A DNA stretch of 64,000 nucleotides from an uncultured virus (IMG/VR IMGVR_UViG_3300020048_000069). Lineage: Duplodnaviria > Heunggongvirae > Uroviricota > Caudoviricetes. This document shows positions 54,301-59,940 of the stretch, piece by piece. The notes under the pieces were generated by a model, which worked only from the letters and a program-made list of their open reading frames with translations, was not told the origin of the DNA and did no database searches. The number at the start of each line of letters is the position of its first letter. Within the stretch, counting starts at the first letter, position 1. Where the stretch lies: IMG/VR virus record IMGVR_UViG_3300020048_000069. One strand, written 5' to 3'. The position numbers were made by a program, and so were the translations under genes.

Positions 54301-57300
54301 TTCAAATGTGCTTAGTTCTGATTCGTTTGAACCTTTTCCGAATGGATGGGAACCTTCATTTAAAAATCCAAAAGATATTAACAAGAAATATGACGCAATC
54401 GTATCCAGTTATGTTTTGAATGTTGTTCCTGATGATATAAGGGATGGTATAGTTTCTCATATCGGGACATTATTAAAAGATGGTGGTAAGGCGATTATTC
54501 TTGCCAGAGGTAAAGATGTTCTTGACGCTAAAACTGGAGTAAGCACTGGTGATATGGAAGTGCTTACCGGAAAAGGAACTTTTCAAAAAGGTTTTACAAA
54601 TGCCGAATTGAAAACGTATGTGTCAAGCATATTGGGTGATGGTTATAAAGTCTCTAACGTGTCTATTGGTTCAGCGCCAGCAGCTATTTTGGTTGAAAAG
54701 AAAAGTAATTTTACGCCGGAGTTTTCTGGCATATCTGCTGCGCCTGATCCTCGTATTGACTTTTCCGATACCATCGAAGATGCACCCCTTACCGGGACTG
54801 TTCTTCCACAAATATCCAGACTGACCGCATGGTTGGATAGTCATGGATACAAAGAAAAAGCTGAGCAAATTGCAACGTATTTCTGGGATCAAAACGCTTC
54901 TATAACCGCAAGGCAAAAAGAACTTGGGGAACTGCCGGAAAGCCAGGATTATGATATGAAGATACGGCTTATGGGTAAGCGCATTGCTGATGAAGTGGAG
55001 TTGTTTAACAGAGACAGGGTTAAGCCAATTATACAAGAAATGGCTGATAACAATCTGAAAACTGAAAACATTGATGAACTTCTCCATGCAGATCATGCGC
55101 CGGAGAGAAATCTGCAAATGAAGCGGATTAATGCGCGTAGATATATTGATGCTGTCATTGGCAATATGACAGATGCCGAAGCTGCACCATATCAAAGCAT
55201 GATTTATGAAATTGGTGATGAACTGGATGCTGCGGGTTTGTTCAATGGCGATATATCCGTATTGAACGAAAAGCGAGACGCTTACGTTGAAATGATGGAT
55301 GCCTTATCCCGGAATGTTTCATCCACCGCAGATGTGGAACAACAGAAGATAGACGATCTGACGGACACGTTAAATAACAGGGAGTTTACCGAAGAAGAGA
55401 TAGAAAAAGGAACGCAGGCTCGAAAACAAAAAGAAATTGATAACAGGCAAAAGAGACTTGATCAAAGAATCAGCATTACTGAATATTGGGAAGATGTAAA
55501 AGATAGATTGTCTGGCATGACAAATGAAAAATCAAAGGAAATCAAGGATAAGTGGGCTGGTAATACTGCAATAAAATCTATCGCGGATAAGTTACGCAAA
55601 ATCAATTCTGATGCTTTTGATATGATGCACGATATTGGGGAATTAACAGATGAAGAGTATGATGTTATGGGTTCTCCGTATGAACTCCACGTTCCGCTTA
55701 TGCGCGAAGGATTCCCAGAAGGAAAAGCTGCGACTGGCATGTCTGGATATGGGCCGCTTGGCAAGCCTATTAAAATCGCTGTAGGATCAACCAGGAAGGT
55801 GATTAACATCACAGCCAATATCATTGATAGGTATCAATCAGAGATAAACCGTAAGCACAAACTGGATGCTTCCAGAGCATTATATGAAATGGTATTGAAC
55901 AATCCAGATGAAAACAGATGGAAGATTGTTAAACAAAAGAAAGTACCAAGGCTGGATGATGAAGGAAATGTCAGATATTTTAACGAAAACCCAAGAAATC
56001 TTGAAGATAACGAGGTGTTTGTCAAGGTGGATGGTCAGCTTTACAAAATCGGCGTACCATTTGATAATCCCTCGATGATGAGATGGATGGAGGCTATTAA
56101 ACGAACGCCAACTGAACTGGGTCCTTTTTTGAAATCATCCCAAAAGATTGTTCGGTTTTTGGCTGGATTAAATACGTCCTTTTCACCAGAATTTTTGATA
56201 AGCAACTTTATCCGTGATTTCCCTGTAGCAATGATTAACCTTGAATCCATTGATGGCGTTAAAGGCGCACAGAAAGCCGTCATGAAGCACATCAAGTCTG
56301 CGATTAGGGGAATATACCAGGCGGAACGCGGTGATGAATCAAGCGAAATGGCGAAGTTATATCGTGATTTTGCAAAGCATGGCGGTAAGGTTGGGTGGAT
56401 GCAGGGATATGATTCTGTTGCAGAACTGGCCAAGAGCTTTGAAAAAGAGTTAGCTTTCAAAGAAGGTAAACATCCCAACATGGAGAAGCTGCAAAAACTT
56501 GGTAAGTGGATAACTGATATGAACACCGCAGTAGAAAACGGGGTTCGGTTATCCGCATATAAGGTTATGATTGATGGTGGCATGTCAAAACTCAAAGCTG
56601 CAACGGAAGCATCAGGACTAACGATCGACTTCACACAACATGGGACTGCCGGGCCAATAATCAACTCTCTTTACATGTTTGCAAACGCCGGTATCCAAGG
56701 TAATGTCCGGATGATCAAAGCATTAAACACGCCGAAGATTCGTAAAATTGCAGCAACCATTGTTGGGTTTGGTATTGTTGCAAATTTGTTGGGATCAATG
56801 ACTGGCGGAGACGATGATGACGGCGAGCCGTATTATGATAAATTGAAACGAACGAATCCTGATTTATTTGAACGGAACATGGTATTTATGATACCAGGTT
56901 CAAAGGGTAAATATTTTAAAAATCCTATGCCTTATGGTTACAATGCTTTTTTTGTTCTTGGCAATGAAATGGCGGGGGTAATCCGGGGACAGTCACCCAT
57001 AGATAGTATGGCTCGGATTGGTTCTGTTTTGATGAATGTGGTAAATCCATTGGCTTCTGCGACACTTCTTCAAACAGTTATGCCAACCATCGGAGATCCT
57101 ATTGCTCAGGTTATGGAAAACAAGTCATACAGTGGTAATGCACTCATGCCAGAAAAAAGTCCGTTTGGTATCCCGGCTCCAGATAGCGAACGATACTTTA
57201 AATCGGTAAACCCTGCGCTTAAATCAGTGGCGCAATGGGTAAACTCTGTGACAGGTGGAAATAAATATAAACCTGGATTGATTGATGTATCACCAGAGAC

Positions 57301-57733
57301 ATTGGAAATGGTTGTTGAAACATTTACGGGATCTGCTGGAAGATTGCTTAAAGATGCAATGTTTTTGCCTTCTTCGGCTGTCAGTGGTGATCTGGAAATG
57401 AACAAGGTGCCATTTGTCAGAAGAGTGTTTGGGAGCACTTCAGAGAAAATCAATAACAGTATCTACCGTGAAAATAACGACAAAGTGGATATTCTTATCA
57501 AGCGCATGAAGGATGCGGATGGCTCAGACCGTACTGAGTTGGCGAAGAATCCTTTATCGCAAATGGTTGCTTTTCATAAAAACGTTGAGTCAAGAATGTT
57601 GAGGCTTAATAAAATGAATAAGATTGCCGAGAAATTAGGCAGAGAAGAAAACATAAAAAAGAATGAAGAAGAAATGATGAGATTGAAAATTCAGTATAAC
57701 AAACGATTCAATCAACTCATCAACGTTAAGTAA
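36320..57733 (+). CDS. Giant (7137 aa) polyvalent DarA/DarB-like internal virion protein
   Basis: Gly/Ala hydrophobic N-region; LPD1-like (LAHEWAH..ELFARAFE); DarA C-terminal-like segment; N6-adenine MTase (LEPAVGLGHF, TNVPF); SNF2 helicase (HDVGTGKT, DEAH, SGTP, QRLGRGLRYGN); zincin HELVGH; ART-like FHGGPH..GTGEG..YGWGWY; LPD23-like TGWWKG..GSWKFEI and HELQH; second MTase (LDYGAGKG, YVLNVV); LPD38-like C-terminus. Confidence 0.9.
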   Translation: MAFDLNGFYNQYKDYYGDVPLENVAKDAFSLLDMGKDVTYDDWKKQSGVSPIIEEDKYQRESQKARLDTPGILGEFGRSIGRGVTQTLPGQIGKGLQWLDPDGGNEFVSNAGKSLEQLGIDNQKQFPGLTMSAEAENASNWNPRKWVAHGGESLVQSVAPMAIGLAAGAVGGPVAGLLGAGAAAAGTIGKVAGAATGLAALGEMFYGGTAEDTYRKGIKKGLSPQEAKDLANITGGVEAGGELVQDLIPIPFFKGLGKAAKGTIIKTLTSRAPAKVMLGNVLKTIAGEELTESSQQAAQTYAAQRYGVADQSIMDSVQEVWGPTLVTSLIFGAGGIGYNTAHRANVRKALTDPNVDPNTRLSAINEVAQAARDSNKEIGDNFYAKAVDLWIQAKPITIDDDQFYAPAVPPTTGTPPGGAGTGDVGTNAITIGDLSGPGMGVGGTTTITPPTGPITAALSTVTNIGIPNEMLTPMAPSTAEQSAQVLAGAQTPAIDSAGVFQDAINRGDLNVPYAPGVNEDQGFDTEIKPRDITGLSLEDLRKARPAFEARNRPDVLVMIDDEIAKKKNKIPEPLQKIFGIMWDEINAGGVESARNLSEGGKPEPVGTASTHAQWVRDLNDDLKKEGGFGKEVFNTVVSKKMNDQPLTDTQSVVWKALEAKAGDYNKQHPDTIADLDDAAMREAGFEPYRDPIPVKEMQYGDRLFIKGEIFELTGHDMDGNYVMQDGEPITVHPDGIVTGVEGVAYGDKVKEPIIYGSEKKDQPVANAPIDPEGAVDLTSPVDVPAVAAPVSAPIEQALQETEPQITGDASGLKAGIQSPEIRQPPVEQPVSTQDLTRKDIAKQVKDYQGTGGITTEARKNNFTSAFRDNETGKLYPVKGIHDLNQLPDELVTYRHPEDNEVEAVKSSVEPGFMKDGQFFTRDEAVKEQQKGVIPDGKSQETETLLTFEEAKSIEENIYSEQPAPLKKSQQGDIAAMSAYDKAKSEWNKRYREAVKNTDQAQLRNNTPDASDVSAPSGVTSEADVPGAQTVTPPLDEAEAASKQPWEMSYEELRNAVSPSTKEELEKSRPLLKELYKDQLSDAGDPWGLVRAVEKGDELPRTPTVDLSQRHRKAILTAISEGKQIPQNVLDEYPGLQDTLTGEAEAAPNTTGQLPTQAPNVTSEAPNITDNKPAHLMTKDEHDKVFDDIIGAGDSVKPDYDAIKKHDTLLTFAKGKFEKVQKQFDNSSAPSLELRSNLDKARTKYELLSAENQELHDGANANWDNRQAERVRTAKEKYQHLIDSGNIQEQPHKPGQSWLTIEQHKDAVKNAVKSGQLSPADYASLHEGTYGPIEKFAPGVAATEKVETAETGVVARPPEKVGTIVSNGMDFGKLYKSDGNPMVRIENKPSVPWTKDWTDAGVEAGSEIGVRKVTRKDELLVGKFKAFVQNAKPSIGGTIAVDAFGDSEYEAKERAIQAYKDDITSRVKQTQATDSNFNPLDLLMNSEAQPPAPKTVEKTITAKQEVISKLSDIRDSISKEIADRTAKDVTVPNNSRIDWNERQEIKRNRALIKVEQVALDDINDAMKRVESNEDIRKVLSDHRLNLDNYIAKYKDWHAGILEKLETEQPPASATEASPNDAGEAQAGEGIQVQGVKPEESQNKVMDAYAKVKARGKFSDVWISDLQEQSGIGMDTLKTFLLKESREGRAVLSLGDWSLSSAANKAGVIEINGDRYIMVRFLEHAIKQAKEKAAVIQTPEVVPEVTPVTSDKLQSKVMTAYAKVKERFKFSDVWISDLRNEAGIGMDVLEPFLLKESREGRAVLSYGDWSLSSDDVHSAAIEINGDQHLMVRFLDHAIKQTPKTDNSIKTDVIRGVVSGHEDNFIGQNGNGVNLYQDEKGKRYKITGDVRINEPNPLTTSRGAVIGVRKDSGWQTVKEVQDASKVTDDIVLEPIDEEPKHVFNKEQFVKDVLATAQATKTGWFGEKVFISHVWDEFSKKHPEYGFDIDTFKKQLVNSDRSMLSRADLVSVMNPKVVSESEAKYLGATFHFIHALPGEKLFNSDGKIQSRREDETPSSAKPALYKIGDIVVPTKYSGIKDNGPGEVQHSTYSNGMQNIQVDGYGGMHFYASDFELYNTPIEPVAKSDRATETKAEPETLNDKHQTITNKANSLSLDELESMFDDVIEEKQTAPPSVEPSDIKTSVIALPLSTSSTAIVAQSGRDNKNTTVVATRSLGDILGDATFAGMKGVDESLKGLFELFGGSTLKSFPGGFDEDAYRKAKPHFQAMLESFELAGKNIKEFFTAIADKFGAGIKPYLMRFMQDLKGVAQETPITETDMEKSESVVIPDNNQDTVESEPIAETELEIKPETEPVVATDTETGEAITVEDVSGTKGGVTGRHKGRKQTDVGEKMWGKISANNHSARVERLNMDLEDDFFNKNPASVLRLVKSKTSKATIFTIIPVEGAAPGVRRVLDHIRMKFQGFDGYYKQYGGNLASDIEEWQDRVKEKAAKYISALEVMRDTLNGHTTVEGVRDAFQGIMNTEETAVHNEILRMATSSGLQDVFSMMDGSWFVPYIDGQHEATKDLQIRRERVRLEDLNMPGDRRDGKDIKASTLIDEFELRGVEFGEWVDSVHGQLSVNFTYDAFHDLAEIIGATVKGISLNARTRLGIAFGSRGKSSAAAHFEPGNHVINLTKTNGDGSLAHEWAHAFDGMTGELPVIFKDHAGNTIDTRAVQDLKNALCTSFNLDGMAKDIEDLLRGGVRQGRKVKASDRVNAAKEMLKGWKAKYAVRTEYFKNAIELDKGEINAYWSKENELFARAFESFIADQLQGANPYLVNKDFVAPGGVEAMFNRSYGAYPTEAERSRFNGLFKDFFAGLEWSKDGIATVKEGYEPVTAKEIRLLNDTVVELESKLQDIFDSMFAGEQSADGLYWYGFKDMQRGVRMQPDGYMGFNDEFDVKTLENSTGFAGKGAIGYGNKLSSSEVLDYGLTPIIHIATDKTVYLEVKDGISALLREDGETALGGASTTDGEVSEKPGDVRGDTGRSGRQDEGRDRRSIGSGGSDTGRSTGDSDGSVDISTVGGRTEDFASEQVAVSSTKNDFLLTSEDIPTKVSADQHYLNAISAIRLLKQIETENRLATPEEQRVLAKMPGWGTLAESLASYPKAAWKSRAEALAAELTEKELHSAQDATLTSYFTPIEALDFIYKAVQGMGFNGGRMLEPAVGLGHFIGAMPMSMRKSSMVTAVEKDGFLVRFAKQLYQSAGILNSAYENTNIPSDFFDFTATNVPFANFAPTDKTHNPLKLLLHDYYIIKSLNMLRPGGIGVMLTSSGTMDKTTTTAREEMARVADFLGAVRLPSSAFNATQSSVTTDILFFRKKSPDAPKVTKHEWIKTVSQKLKYSRGEGAEYNHIDMNQYFVDHPEMVLGELSIKSGRYGDNYEINVAGTLADIADKLNDVSKHLPQNIYYETGNVNTQDILDILAKPADIKNGSFYIGEDGEVYQNESGTPVKIEVKNLKGGDKSLSDQRKVDVIKGFVGLRTNIREVLRSQATEINPGDIKRFQARLSKQYDLFVKKFGFLNKKENRRSFVGDPDLGMVLGLEKWDADHGIATKTAIFTENLIERSIPPSHVDTSADAMTVSLNFRNRIDLPYMANLTGMTQEQIISELSGEIFNDPMMGWVTSDHYLSGNILDKIKVAEQAAKADSKFEANVKALQAVIPTPIPHDKIHVQLGSSWIDPEYYNDFTTYLLNYGSNIPGLIVSKSPLGAWDISFHGGTNWRTYKENKSKSKQRKRDAYSIYEAHSRWGTDGDNGNYFSLLSNLLNGTSPVIYYPTDQGEKREVNRDATDAAIMKMYEIKEAFNSWLWKDRNRRDELSAKYNESMNAVRRQKPDTSPLLLPGKVPDAIITLAGHQNAAIRRFLQSGTAYFAHDVGTGKTFSMIASIMESKRLGLSKRPVLLVKKSTLTQIQEQFYRLYPGANILTINVPDNAAARVRELQKIASGNWDCVIMTHESFNKMPISPEIESNFLDEERRRLTIALETMRTGKSSRRLIKQVSAKLQGLEAKIKELSEKDHAKDPIPTFDELGIDMVVADEAHVYKNLPIETVKGNVRGLNIVGSDMAFDMFMKTSYLQSTYKRGLIFASGTPVTNSVGELYSISRYLQPEALRERGIESFDIWANTFGDIGQATRYAPEGGGFQTITKFRNFVNLPELMQMVGQVMDIVKFEDTGMKRPPIKDGKPQSVVIPLSDLTARLAESIKERAVAYRRDPKSVAPDNMWKIISDGRNAAMDPRLYDPSFPDIPETKTNYAVPVIMEFYNKLHDAVDPNGKAYKEKKGVQLVFCDRGVPGKDKGFHIYGDLKKKLIKSGIPEKEIAFIHDATSDQSKQQLFKKIQNGDVRIIIGSTEKLGTGLNVQDRIVAIHNLDIGWTFEGFEQRLGRGLRYGNRINEVAVFNYGTEKTVDAFMWDTVASKGKVIGQVMVQSPIARSADDIALDPKTMSGDEMVAAFSNDPLVKEKKELEDNISRMRAVRGGFERRRAELQSEVAKAPAKLEGLKTRLDKATSVVKSLEPIDAIKMSGQENIFVLSKDGGKANLIAEKYSGDMDAINRAKAGIDSGTGQDTLRMIGHFGVSSEELKQVTVTDKDGKESIKTEKILNFAPSDARLLVFFQQSWNKNEMLASLMIRTGKGEVIQYYGPVEAGVSRTLTTLKGKLNDQISEVNASIEKINREMPEMQADLEKPFVHEKSLSESEARLFAVNRELIDQQIRNEAEIASRSTKTDITNTSSAVSEPASGYDATSGDKILFSDANVTKDKSGVGSVSMKQAENALQPMIDKVNAQGKIKIILDASVETIEDIATRTVITNYKNQGRRVKAYLDNQTQEIHLIVENASSIDGLTKALIHELVGHHGLYEFMGADLTPFLDFLNRHSKYSEQVKAEAKVRGISMNTKAGQDRAAKEWFAGIVERGEIEPSLWTQIVKYFKSALRNMGFNVEFTDSDIAEIIRGARKAVEGRGAEYSKSGVFGKPAFDLQDVFHGGPHVWSPEPGFPHGRPRLDKIGTGEGAAVYGWGWYSSDTEAVGRQYKAALRWDVIKKFPYSNVSQAAREIEAGIPELEVRDGLLIMGIPKKEHDNIIKQAKEMLESIGALYKLDIPDEIIGSVPDVGFSKGRPRIDIDELLSEIDRQIATGRSTSGDIKPTTTKSLNDGTARDAAFVGNIVESSTFRAHGLGGFDIPTQRMMYSAVLRLAENQQIFDSIVGLIPVDVMNNFRRSKFSSDIGLNNEAVNFSGSVSKGLAGVPIGIQPANSIIVATATMAAKKILAPLKLAGIPIDLFTAERAISLHRDSPSHGFDITRIPQAEFLSTPKEVLSKIAVVDDSKLLDWDKSWNDQSSYVKKAIRQAYKNLDLYSLDLRNQQINGEFIYDEIQNSFNEFGRNIGKKESKDSQKAASEYLASIGIPGNKYLDQLSRKVSVKQNVQTGAWFVDGAGVGRAFKTKEAAWREAEKSISRNYVLWDQKVLNQVALLERNGEKLDAIRGAENQIDYSMAGQKAKTADLGTLKQAEQMDKSGKSREAILKATGWWKGYEGSWKFEIIPENIQTTKTFETVFNDFKNKNTGKYLQAPVVNIENILPSRRPVIKGTVERSVVDESWEIELHKTPEGGGFVQLVSNEGDIDIISRRDLFADAKKVYDKQIETINNQNVQQAKLKPVAIWEGSVSDLIKYDELFNAYPDLKNFQVVIRDKTAKDTSGGYAAPDHIALLLYDKDGRTLKKFDPTTSDLENKNIANTLIHELQHVIQNKEDFARGIDPKYIALTDKNAKAVDDADNKLPEFNKERIAWWESKAYAKIAKAMKKAFKTGDNAEFDKLRKEANDPIDAINKREEAFRKSIRGQDGSYVKYMKTMGEAEARMVTIRTNMTPEQRKAEAPWVTMERMMLDEGLLKPGQKPEDVLVNRGAWNGFSMATSEELKGMGWKPENAQRTQITNTVKTYEKIREYLQSIGVSNNILDYGAGKGLGSNVLSSDSFEPFPNGWEPSFKNPKDINKKYDAIVSSYVLNVVPDDIRDGIVSHIGTLLKDGGKAIILARGKDVLDAKTGVSTGDMEVLTGKGTFQKGFTNAELKTYVSSILGDGYKVSNVSIGSAPAAILVEKKSNFTPEFSGISAAPDPRIDFSDTIEDAPLTGTVLPQISRLTAWLDSHGYKEKAEQIATYFWDQNASITARQKELGELPESQDYDMKIRLMGKRIADEVELFNRDRVKPIIQEMADNNLKTENIDELLHADHAPERNLQMKRINARRYIDAVIGNMTDAEAAPYQSMIYEIGDELDAAGLFNGDISVLNEKRDAYVEMMDALSRNVSSTADVEQQKIDDLTDTLNNREFTEEEIEKGTQARKQKEIDNRQKRLDQRISITEYWEDVKDRLSGMTNEKSKEIKDKWAGNTAIKSIADKLRKINSDAFDMMHDIGELTDEEYDVMGSPYELHVPLMREGFPEGKAATGMSGYGPLGKPIKIAVGSTRKVINITANIIDRYQSEINRKHKLDASRALYEMVLNNPDENRWKIVKQKKVPRLDDEGNVRYFNENPRNLEDNEVFVKVDGQLYKIGVPFDNPSMMRWMEAIKRTPTELGPFLKSSQKIVRFLAGLNTSFSPEFLISNFIRDFPVAMINLESIDGVKGAQKAVMKHIKSAIRGIYQAERGDESSEMAKLYRDFAKHGGKVGWMQGYDSVAELAKSFEKELAFKEGKHPNMEKLQKLGKWITDMNTAVENGVRLSAYKVMIDGGMSKLKAATEASGLTIDFTQHGTAGPIINSLYMFANAGIQGNVRMIKALNTPKIRKIAATIVGFGIVANLLGSMTGGDDDDGEPYYDKLKRTNPDLFERNMVFMIPGSKGKYFKNPMPYGYNAFFVLGNEMAGVIRGQSPIDSMARIGSVLMNVVNPLASATLLQTVMPTIGDPIAQVMENKSYSGNALMPEKSPFGIPAPDSERYFKSVNPALKSVAQWVNSVTGGNKYKPGLIDVSPETLEMVVETFTGSAGRLLKDAMFLPSSAVSGDLEMNKVPFVRRVFGSTSEKINNSIYRENNDKVDILIKRMKDADGSDRTELAKNPLSQMVAFHKNVESRMLRLNKMNKIAEKLGREENIKKNEEEMMRLKIQYNKRFNQLINVK
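41236..41833 (+). repeat. Tandem duplication of an ~87-aa domain inside the giant protein
   Basis: KVM.AYAKVK.R.KFSDVWISDL....GIGMD.L..FLLKESREGRAVLS.GDWSLSS...IEINGD...MVRFL.HAIKQ occurs twice with high DNA identity. Confidence 0.9.
45282..45572 (+). CDS. Overprinted (+1 frame) small TnpV-like protein nested in the giant ORF
   Basis: GGAGGTG RBS; ARMAKRHWEEHRPQMVKYLKSLG..EE.L......AAREIAMDQWIY; the host frame here is low-complexity G/D/R/S linker. Confidence 0.6.
   Translation: MAFPHCFARMAKRHWEEHRPQMVKYLKSLGMYEEILEEVDDKTRDEIDDLLDRGGATPDAAREIAMDQWIYLPSEEEQKILPASRWPYPQPKTTSS
51791..52282 (-). CDS. HNH homing-type endonuclease nested antisense within the giant ORF
   Basis: CAFCG...FCGHSC zinc finger; GY...VHRLI.E...GR.L...EVIHHVNGNKSDNRIENL.V.S..EH...H; C-terminal HTH (GATLDDIANKCCVSRRAI); AAGGAG RBS. 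Confidence 0.85.
   Translation of the reverse strand: MKTNCAFCGKEINRYPSEFKRSKNLFCGHSCRGDYDRIGGLDSNGYSRQSFGNRARKVHRLIVEANIGRKLTASEVIHHVNGNKSDNRIENLLVLSKTEHSRIHHPLSWDIETAKSMRSEGATLDDIANKCCVSRRAIVQAFRSRGLYVATRRSPSSNLSINF
52316..52343 (-). promoter_or_regulatory. Sigma70-type promoter for the nested HNH gene
   Basis: Minus strand TTGACA-16 nt-TATTCT with extended -10 TG, 33 nt upstream of the ATG. Confidence 0.6.
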
Positions 57734-57769
57734 CTGTTTTTAATATCTGTTGCAAATATGAGAATTAAA

Positions 57770-57869
57770 AAGTAATGTGGTAACTGGATTGCTTTATCCC
57801 CCAGGGTTGAATCTGGGACAGATATGAGACCCAATGAAATGCTATTAACAGCGTTTTGTTGGTTTTTTT
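57770..57869 (+). promoter_or_regulatory. Structured leader/terminator element, copy B
   Basis: AAGTAATGTGG..GGATTGCTTTATCCCCCAGG..CTGGGACAGATATGAGACCCAATGAAATGCT..AGCGTTTTGTTGG plus T run; aligns with copy A. Confidence 0.7.
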
Positions 57870-57893
57870 GTTTTTAAACAGAGGGAGTTTCGC

Positions 57894-58322
57894 ATGACTG
57901 AGATAGCTTATAACTTTGGTGTTCCTCCTAATACTGCGTTGAGTATAGTTCAAGGAGCTACGTTTAGGAAGAGATGGAGGTTTAGGTATGGTACGACACT
58001 TGAGCCTTTTCCGTTTTTTACTACGGCTACTCCAGGAGTTTTACTTTGGAAAGGTAGATGTATGTTTAGGTCTGCTTTTACTGACGCTGTGCCAAAACTG
58101 AGTGTTACGACTACTGATGGCGGGGTTACGCTGGATTATGTTGACGATGCTGAGACGGGGTTAAGGTCTGTATTTTATGGGCTTTATCTTACTGCGGTTC
58201 AGACTGCTGCGTTACCATCTGGTAAAGTGTTTTATGATATTGAATTTGAAAGATTGACTGATGGTTGGGTGATTAGGCCACAGAAGGGAAAGGCCACTGT
58301 TGATCCGGAGGTTACGAAGTGA
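57894..58322 (+). CDS. Tail-associated protein (BppU-like N-terminal pattern)
   Basis: IVQGATF...LTAVQTAALP....YDIE......R...G...V.PEVT. Confidence 0.7.
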   Translation: MTEIAYNFGVPPNTALSIVQGATFRKRWRFRYGTTLEPFPFFTTATPGVLLWKGRCMFRSAFTDAVPKLSVTTTDGGVTLDYVDDAETGLRSVFYGLYLTAVQTAALPSGKVFYDIEFERLTDGWVIRPQKGKATVDPEVTK

Positions 58323-58945
58323 GTGATGATGTAGTAGAGATTGTTGAGGATGTTAGTGATGGTACTCTTGAAATTATAGAGAGTTCTTCTGTTGGGACTG
58401 TTGAAATAGTTAATACTGTTTTGGTGGAAGAACTTATTCTTGAGATTGTTGAGGATGCTGGAGATGATGTTCTTGAGATTGTAGAAGACTCTGCTATTGA
58501 TGTTGTTGAGGTTGTTAATGATACTTTGGTTCAAGAAGTTGTTATTGAAAGCGCGGGTATTATTCCTGGGCCAAGGGGAGCGGATGGGCTTCCTGGTGGA
58601 TCTACTTTAAGTTACCCGGCGGGTGAAATACTGTCTGGGCATAGGATGGTAGTTCTGAATGACGGGGAGTTGTTTTATGCTGATAGGACAATTACAGTCC
58701 ATGCGAAGAAGATTCTTGGAATGACTGTTGGGGCTACGATGCTTGGGGAACTTGCTGATGTTCAGACGGGAGGGGAAATTACTGAGCCTTCGTGGAGCTG
58801 GACTTTGGATGTTCCTGTTTGGTTAGGAGTTAATGGGTTGTTGACTCAAGTTATTCCAACCGTGGGGTTCAGTTTAATTATTGGTTTTCCTATTTCATCT
58901 ACAAAACTGCTGATACGAATCAGTGAACCTATTTTTTTACTTTAA
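58319..58945 (+). CDS. Virion protein with acidic EIVED repeats, short collagen-like segment and C-terminal capsid-fibre-like domain
   Basis: EIVED repeats; PGPRGADGLPG; AGE.LSGHR.V...WSWT...V.LG.NG.LTQ. Confidence 0.7.
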   Translation: MSDDVVEIVEDVSDGTLEIIESSSVGTVEIVNTVLVEELILEIVEDAGDDVLEIVEDSAIDVVEVVNDTLVQEVVIESAGIIPGPRGADGLPGGSTLSYPAGEILSGHRMVVLNDGELFYADRTITVHAKKILGMTVGATMLGELADVQTGGEITEPSWSWTLDVPVWLGVNGLLTQVIPTVGFSLIIGFPISSTKLLIRISEPIFLL

Positions 58946-58956
58946 AAGGAGTATAA

Positions 58957-59556
58957 ATGGCTGCGCATACATTTTTGAAGAATAATGCTGGAACAATTAC
59001 TGAGGAAACATCTGTTGCTACATCTGCCGGAGCAGGGGATGAAGGGAAAATCCCTGCATTGAACGCAACTGGCATTTTAGGGTCAACCATTGTCAACTCC
59101 AAAACTTCTTCTGCAGGAGTTGGTGATTCAGGAAAGTTGCCTGCATTGGATGGTACTGGGAAACTTTCTTTGACGTTTCTTCCATCTGGAATTGGCCCAG
59201 ATGTTTCTGAGATTACTGCGTCCGAGGCCCTGGCTGCGGGTGATTTGGTTAATCTGTTTGATTCTACTGGAGCAAAATGCCGGAAAGCTGATGCCTCGAC
59301 TGCGGGGAAAGAAGCGCATGGGTTTGTCCTGGCTGCCGTTGAACTTGCAGCGTTGGCTACTGTGTATTTTGAAGGGACGAATGATCAGGTTACTGGATTG
59401 ACACCAGGAAGACTTTTTCTTTCTACGACTCCTGGACTTTGCACATCCACTGCACCATCTGGATCAGCGAATGCAGTACAAAGGGTTGGGTTCGCCACCA
59501 GCAGTTCGTCTATGAACTTTCAGGCACAAACTCCTATTATCTTGTTGACGGTGTAA
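58957..59556 (+). CDS. Virion fibre/cement-like protein
   Basis: SAGAGDEGKIPALNATG repeat x2; ASEALAAGDLVN...AHGFV...GLTPG..FLS; AAGGAG RBS. Confidence 0.75.
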   Translation: MAAHTFLKNNAGTITEETSVATSAGAGDEGKIPALNATGILGSTIVNSKTSSAGVGDSGKLPALDGTGKLSLTFLPSGIGPDVSEITASEALAAGDLVNLFDSTGAKCRKADASTAGKEAHGFVLAAVELAALATVYFEGTNDQVTGLTPGRLFLSTTPGLCTSTAPSGSANAVQRVGFATSSSSMNFQAQTPIILLTV

Positions 59557-59559
59557 ACA

Positions 59560-59940
59560 ATGGCGACAAAACGGCCTCTCTGTAATTATGCAGGGGATAT
59601 TAAGGAGCTTGCACTTGGTGATAATGTTCCTGATATTTCTGGTGTTTCGTCTCTTCCTTATTGGCAGATTAACGTGGGGGAGGTTGTTTCAGTCGGGGAG
59701 AGGCAGGAATACGCGATAAATAGTGGGACACTGCTCAACAAAGGAATTATTACGTTGAGTGATGGTTCAATTTTAATCGTTGATGCAGTACACAAAAGGT
59801 TATCTCTTCCAAAATGGAAAATAAACACAGGTGTTGTTGTTTCAGTTGATGAAGGAGAAGAATACCTTATAGGAGGAACACTAATGGTTTTAGGAACTAT
59901 GTCTTTGATGCAGGATGTTGCATTGATTGTGAGGGCGTGA
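59560..59940 (+). CDS. Small virion protein with internal duplication
   Basis: SLP.W.IN.G.VVSV.E..EY occurs twice. Confidence 0.7.
   Translation: MATKRPLCNYAGDIKELALGDNVPDISGVSSLPYWQINVGEVVSVGERQEYAINSGTLLNKGIITLSDGSILIVDAVHKRLSLPKWKINTGVVVSVDEGEEYLIGGTLMVLGTMSLMQDVALIVRA

Noticed and set aside
36645..57453. Other antisense and alternate-frame ORFs within the giant gene
   Set aside because: Shadow ORFs with no motifs or RBS, unlike 45282..45572 and 51791..52282.
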